A stretch of DNA of 63,968 nucleotides, filler included, from Octopus bimaculoides (lineage: Eukaryota), in the NCBI RefSeq assembly GCF_001194135.2. It is 5 parts of 4 records of this genome, joined end to end, with 100 filler letters (N's around TTAATTAATTAA, not from the genome) between each part and the next. Parts side by side here need not be neighbours in the genome. Positions count along the whole stretch, not along the records: positions 60,636 to 62,757 come from NW_026387223.1; positions 62,858 to 63,968 come from NC_068984.1; 3 more parts are not named here. One strand, 5' to 3'. Below the pieces are notes generated by a model. It was not told the origin of the DNA. It did not search any database and saw only the letters and a program-made list of their open reading frames with translations. The translations under genes and the position numbers were made by a program. This document shows, one piece after another, positions 60,677 through 63,968 of the stretch (its first letter is position 1; each line of letters starts with the position of its first letter).

Positions 60677-61965
60677 TGAAATTGACCTATGTACATTTTG
60701 ATGGAACATCCGGAATGATTAATACATATAAAATATTATAAAATACGTAGTCTGTTTCTGAGAACTATTCTATTGGACTTCTGTCTAATCACGTCTTTTA
60801 AGGTACACACACATTCATAGAAAATGTGAGATCATGGTAGAAAATTTTTACGATAATTGATTTATGGAAAAGATTATGTTAAATTTTTGAAATGGAAATC
60901 TGTGAATTAAAATTAAGTTCAAACCTCTACATGGTAGGTAGACCTGGTAGAAATAGCAGCCAAATCTCCCTCAAAACACCCTACTGTATTAATGCGGCAA
61001 TTCTGCGTATTATGTAGTTTGCATGAGAAACTGTAACTAAAGATGAAGATAATTAACCCCACAAAGAGGTGAAAGAAGAGAGACAGCATAGCGAAAGTTT
61101 TGGCTGACTGTCATCCTGTACTTCCCTTGTTGCTTTGTGAACAACTGGTTGTTTTAATGGCGGAACAAAGAGGGGATTTGCATTAGAAAAAGTTTTAATC
61201 GATTTTCTCAGTAAGTATGGGGGCTAGGAAAAAAAAAAGAAGAGGCATCAAGAAGTTGACGTTAAGAATTGCTTTAACAGTTAGAAAATGTTTGATATTT
61301 CAATCATCACCAAAAAATGAAGCTGTAAGAATTTACGGGGAAATTGTATGTAAGAAGTAAAACAGAAATGATTTGTAACTGCCAAAGTTCTGCAACTTAA
61401 TAGCAAACGTATCTAATTTAAGAAAAGTGAAGATAAAAGCTAAGTGCAGAAGTATGGAATAAGTCATTGTGATACGCTTATAGAAAATATAGACACGTAC
61501 CTTTTTAGAGAACAAAATGTAGCTGAGAGATTTGTTATAAAAGTATTATCAGATTCAATAAGATGCGTAATCTTTCCACTTTCGTTTTTATTAATTTTTC
61601 ATTATTCTTAGTTTTATTGAGGGTTAAACATTTTTTTTTAGTTGGGGGAGATAGTCCAATTTTTTTAATGGGAGTGAGATAGCCAAAAAACTATCAAACT
61701 TTGTAACACAATCAGGCGACAGGTACTTTTCTTTCAATAAATTTTTCCTCAACTTCGACTCAATTGTAATTGAAGTTGCAAATTAAATATCTGGATAATT
61801 TTTTGGTGTTAATATTCTTTTATCTGTTGGATTCCATGTCAATTTTTTCCCCACGCTAATANNNNNNNNNNTTTCAAAAAAATCTGAAGATGGAACATCC
61901 AGAATGATTAATACATATTATAAAATATAGGATACTCCATCTCCTCAGGGTCCCATTATTATTGC

Positions 61966-62000
<35 letters not shown>

Positions 62001-62718
62001 GTAATACACAGCCAATAAAAACAGAAAACATTCAAATCCAATGTTCATAGTTGACCCATGAAAATATACAAAACAGGAGGAAAAAGTAATAGATGGCACA
62101 CAACTGTTCATCCCAAATGTGCAAGGAACGAGCAAACGGCAAATTAACTCAAACCTAAAAATTGTATATTATAAAATTCAGTTACTGATCAATTTAGAAC
62201 GTTATAAATTTTTTTAAAAACTGTTATAGCAATAATCATCAAAATAAATAAAGAAAGAAAGAAATCATACCGTAGAAAACAATTTTTAAAAAAAATTATT
62301 AATTATAACATTCAAACTAGAGGATCCTGGTTAAACAGAAGCACACTTAAATAATAATAATGATAATGTTCTTAAATAGAATTCTCTCTAATAAACTCTA
62401 GCACACACCAATATACACAATTAAAAATAAAAATCAATCTTATATCAATTCAGCGCAAACTAGCAAAAAAACTTCAAAAGTATACCTCAGGATTACCACG
62501 CAATATTACACTAAATCTCTACATCCGTGTTACATTTACGTCATCGCAAAATGTAAATAAAAAAAGAAAATTGGTCTTCAATGAAAAAAAACCTTCAATA
62601 AAATTCTAACTCACACATACGGTAACTCCACACTACACTTATCTATATTCTAACTATAGGGCTTTCCTGTAAGTAGGTTATCTCCCTTGACTAGGCGACG
62701 CTCCATATAGATAATTAA

Positions 62719-62743
62719 ACTTCCGGAGGCTACCCACGCCATT
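62719..62743 (-). promoter_or_regulatory. Possible housekeeping promoter/5' end (ETS-like CCGGAAGT and YY1-like ATGGCG motifs)
   Basis: acttccgg at 62719-62726 and cgccatt at 62737-62743 in a locally CpG-containing patch upstream of the minus-strand exons. Confidence 0.3.
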
Positions 62744-62857
62744 GTTATTGTTTTACGNNNNNNNNNNNNNNNNNNNNNNNNNNNNNNNNNNNNNNNNNNN
62801 NTTAATTAATTAANNNNNNNNNNNNNNNNNNNNNNNNNNNNNNNNNNNNNNNNNNNN

Positions 62858-62890
<33 letters not shown>

Positions 62891-62904
62891 TTCATCTGTG
62901 TGTG

Positions 62905-63130
62905 TGTGTGGAGACCCATGACGTAGGGTTAGAGGTATTGCACTCGTGATCGTAAAATCGTGGTTTCATGGCGACACGTTGTGCCCTTGAACAAAACACT
63001 TAATTTCACGTTGCTCTAGTCCACTCAGCTGGCAATTCTGCGATGGATTAGCGTCCTGTCCAGGGAGTCAATATATACACCATAGAATCAGGGAAACCGG
63101 TCTTATGATTCTATGCCCCAGGAAGGATCC
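62905..63130 (+). mobile_element. Degenerate tRNA-like SINE of a different family
   Basis: tRNA-like head (gacgtagggttagag..cgtggtttc) followed by gtgcccttgaacaaaacacttaatttcacgttgctc. Confidence 0.5.
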
Positions 63131-63145
63131 TAGTTCCTTATATAT

Positions 63146-63315
63146 GTACGAGGGGGTGCTGATTTTATTTAGCATATTCTCATATCAGATTGACACACTT
63201 ATAGTAGTGGTCCCGCGTTTTTTTAAAGCCCTGTAAAAGACCTCGGGAGTTTGGACCTCCAGCTAGGCCTTTCACGATACCCTTAAAGCCAGGAACTTTT
63301 CAGCACCCATCCCGT
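63146..63315. mobile_element. Mariner-type MITE fragment
   Basis: tacgagggggtgctga at left, gccaggaacttttcagcaccc at right. Related to 5745-5950. Confidence 0.6.
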
Positions 63316-63781
63316 GTGTATATAAATGTAGTTATGTAAATGTATATATGCATCATAAATTTCGGTACAGCACATATACAGTACGAAAGGAAACAAAAAC
63401 AAAATTATAAAATGAAGTATATTTGTGTATATTAAAAACCTATTCTTGGTTTTCAGTTCTGAAGTAATATATAAATGACTATATAGTTTCGAAAATTCTT
63501 CAACACTCGACAGAACGTGAGTTTGTTTAACTAACACCATGAAATGAGAAGACAAATAGAAAAAAATATTTAAGACGCTGGCTAATTAACAGGCTGTCAA
63601 ATTAAACTTGATATGCAAAAGACACTTGCCCAATCTGGGTTACAGGAAGCGCACAGATGTGAAACAATCTTCTTAACTAAAAACAAAAAAAGAATTGTAA
63701 AAACTAGTTTACTAAAGATGTTCACATGTGTTTTTCTCTTTCGTTTCTTTTTCCTCATCTTTCTTTTTTTTTTGCTGTTGC

Positions 63782-63945
63782 AAAGACGGGGATGTATAGT
63801 AAGAAGTTTGCTTCTCAGCCACATGGCTCCGGTTTCAGTTCCACTGCGTGACACCGTAGGCAAGTGTCTTCTACTATAGGCTCGGGTTTGTACAATAACC
63901 TTATGAGAGGATTTGGTGGACGGAAACTACAAGAAGCGCATCGTA
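63782..63945 (+). mobile_element. tRNA-derived SINE head
   Basis: Homologous to 5549-5720 and 19960-20120. Runs into (TA)n. Confidence 0.75.
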
Positions 63946-63968
63946 TATATATATATATATATATATAT

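Overview
AT-rich, gap-riddled animal genomic DNA. The repeat landscape (tRNA-headed SINEs with internal (TA)/(CA) microsatellites, (GAT)n-tailed SINE-like repeats, many mariner, maT and piggyBac relics) looks like an octopod cephalopod draft assembly; this is pattern recognition, not a database result. Almost all supplied ORFs are microsatellite or transposon noise. Supportable content: (1) the last three coding exons of ribosomal protein gene RPS8 on + (42288-42463, 46331-46460, 47158-47267), whose 5' exons are not visible; (2) an expanded intronic box C/D snoRNA cluster in this gene: five near-identical SNORD35/snR73-like copies, three SNORD51/snR39-like copies and three SNORD46-like copies (one decayed), with several snoRNAs per intron; (3) five related piggyBac copies within 16 kb, two of them an inverted pair around the last RPS8 exons; (4) an intact minimal type I hammerhead ribozyme (34156-34198, minus) held between 79-bp near-perfect inverted arms, resembling a Penelope-like retroelement terminus, plus a decayed second motif near 30.4 kb; (5) candidate exons of one or two unidentified minus-strand genes at 53-60 kb; (6) a full-length decayed mariner with TIRs, other Tc1/mariner and LINE relics, a 2.5-kb long-inverted-repeat element and a decayed 18-bp repeat reading as Thr-rich hexapeptides. 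Four N44-TTAATTAATTAA-N44 blocks are artificial scaffold joins, so order and distance across them are uncertain.
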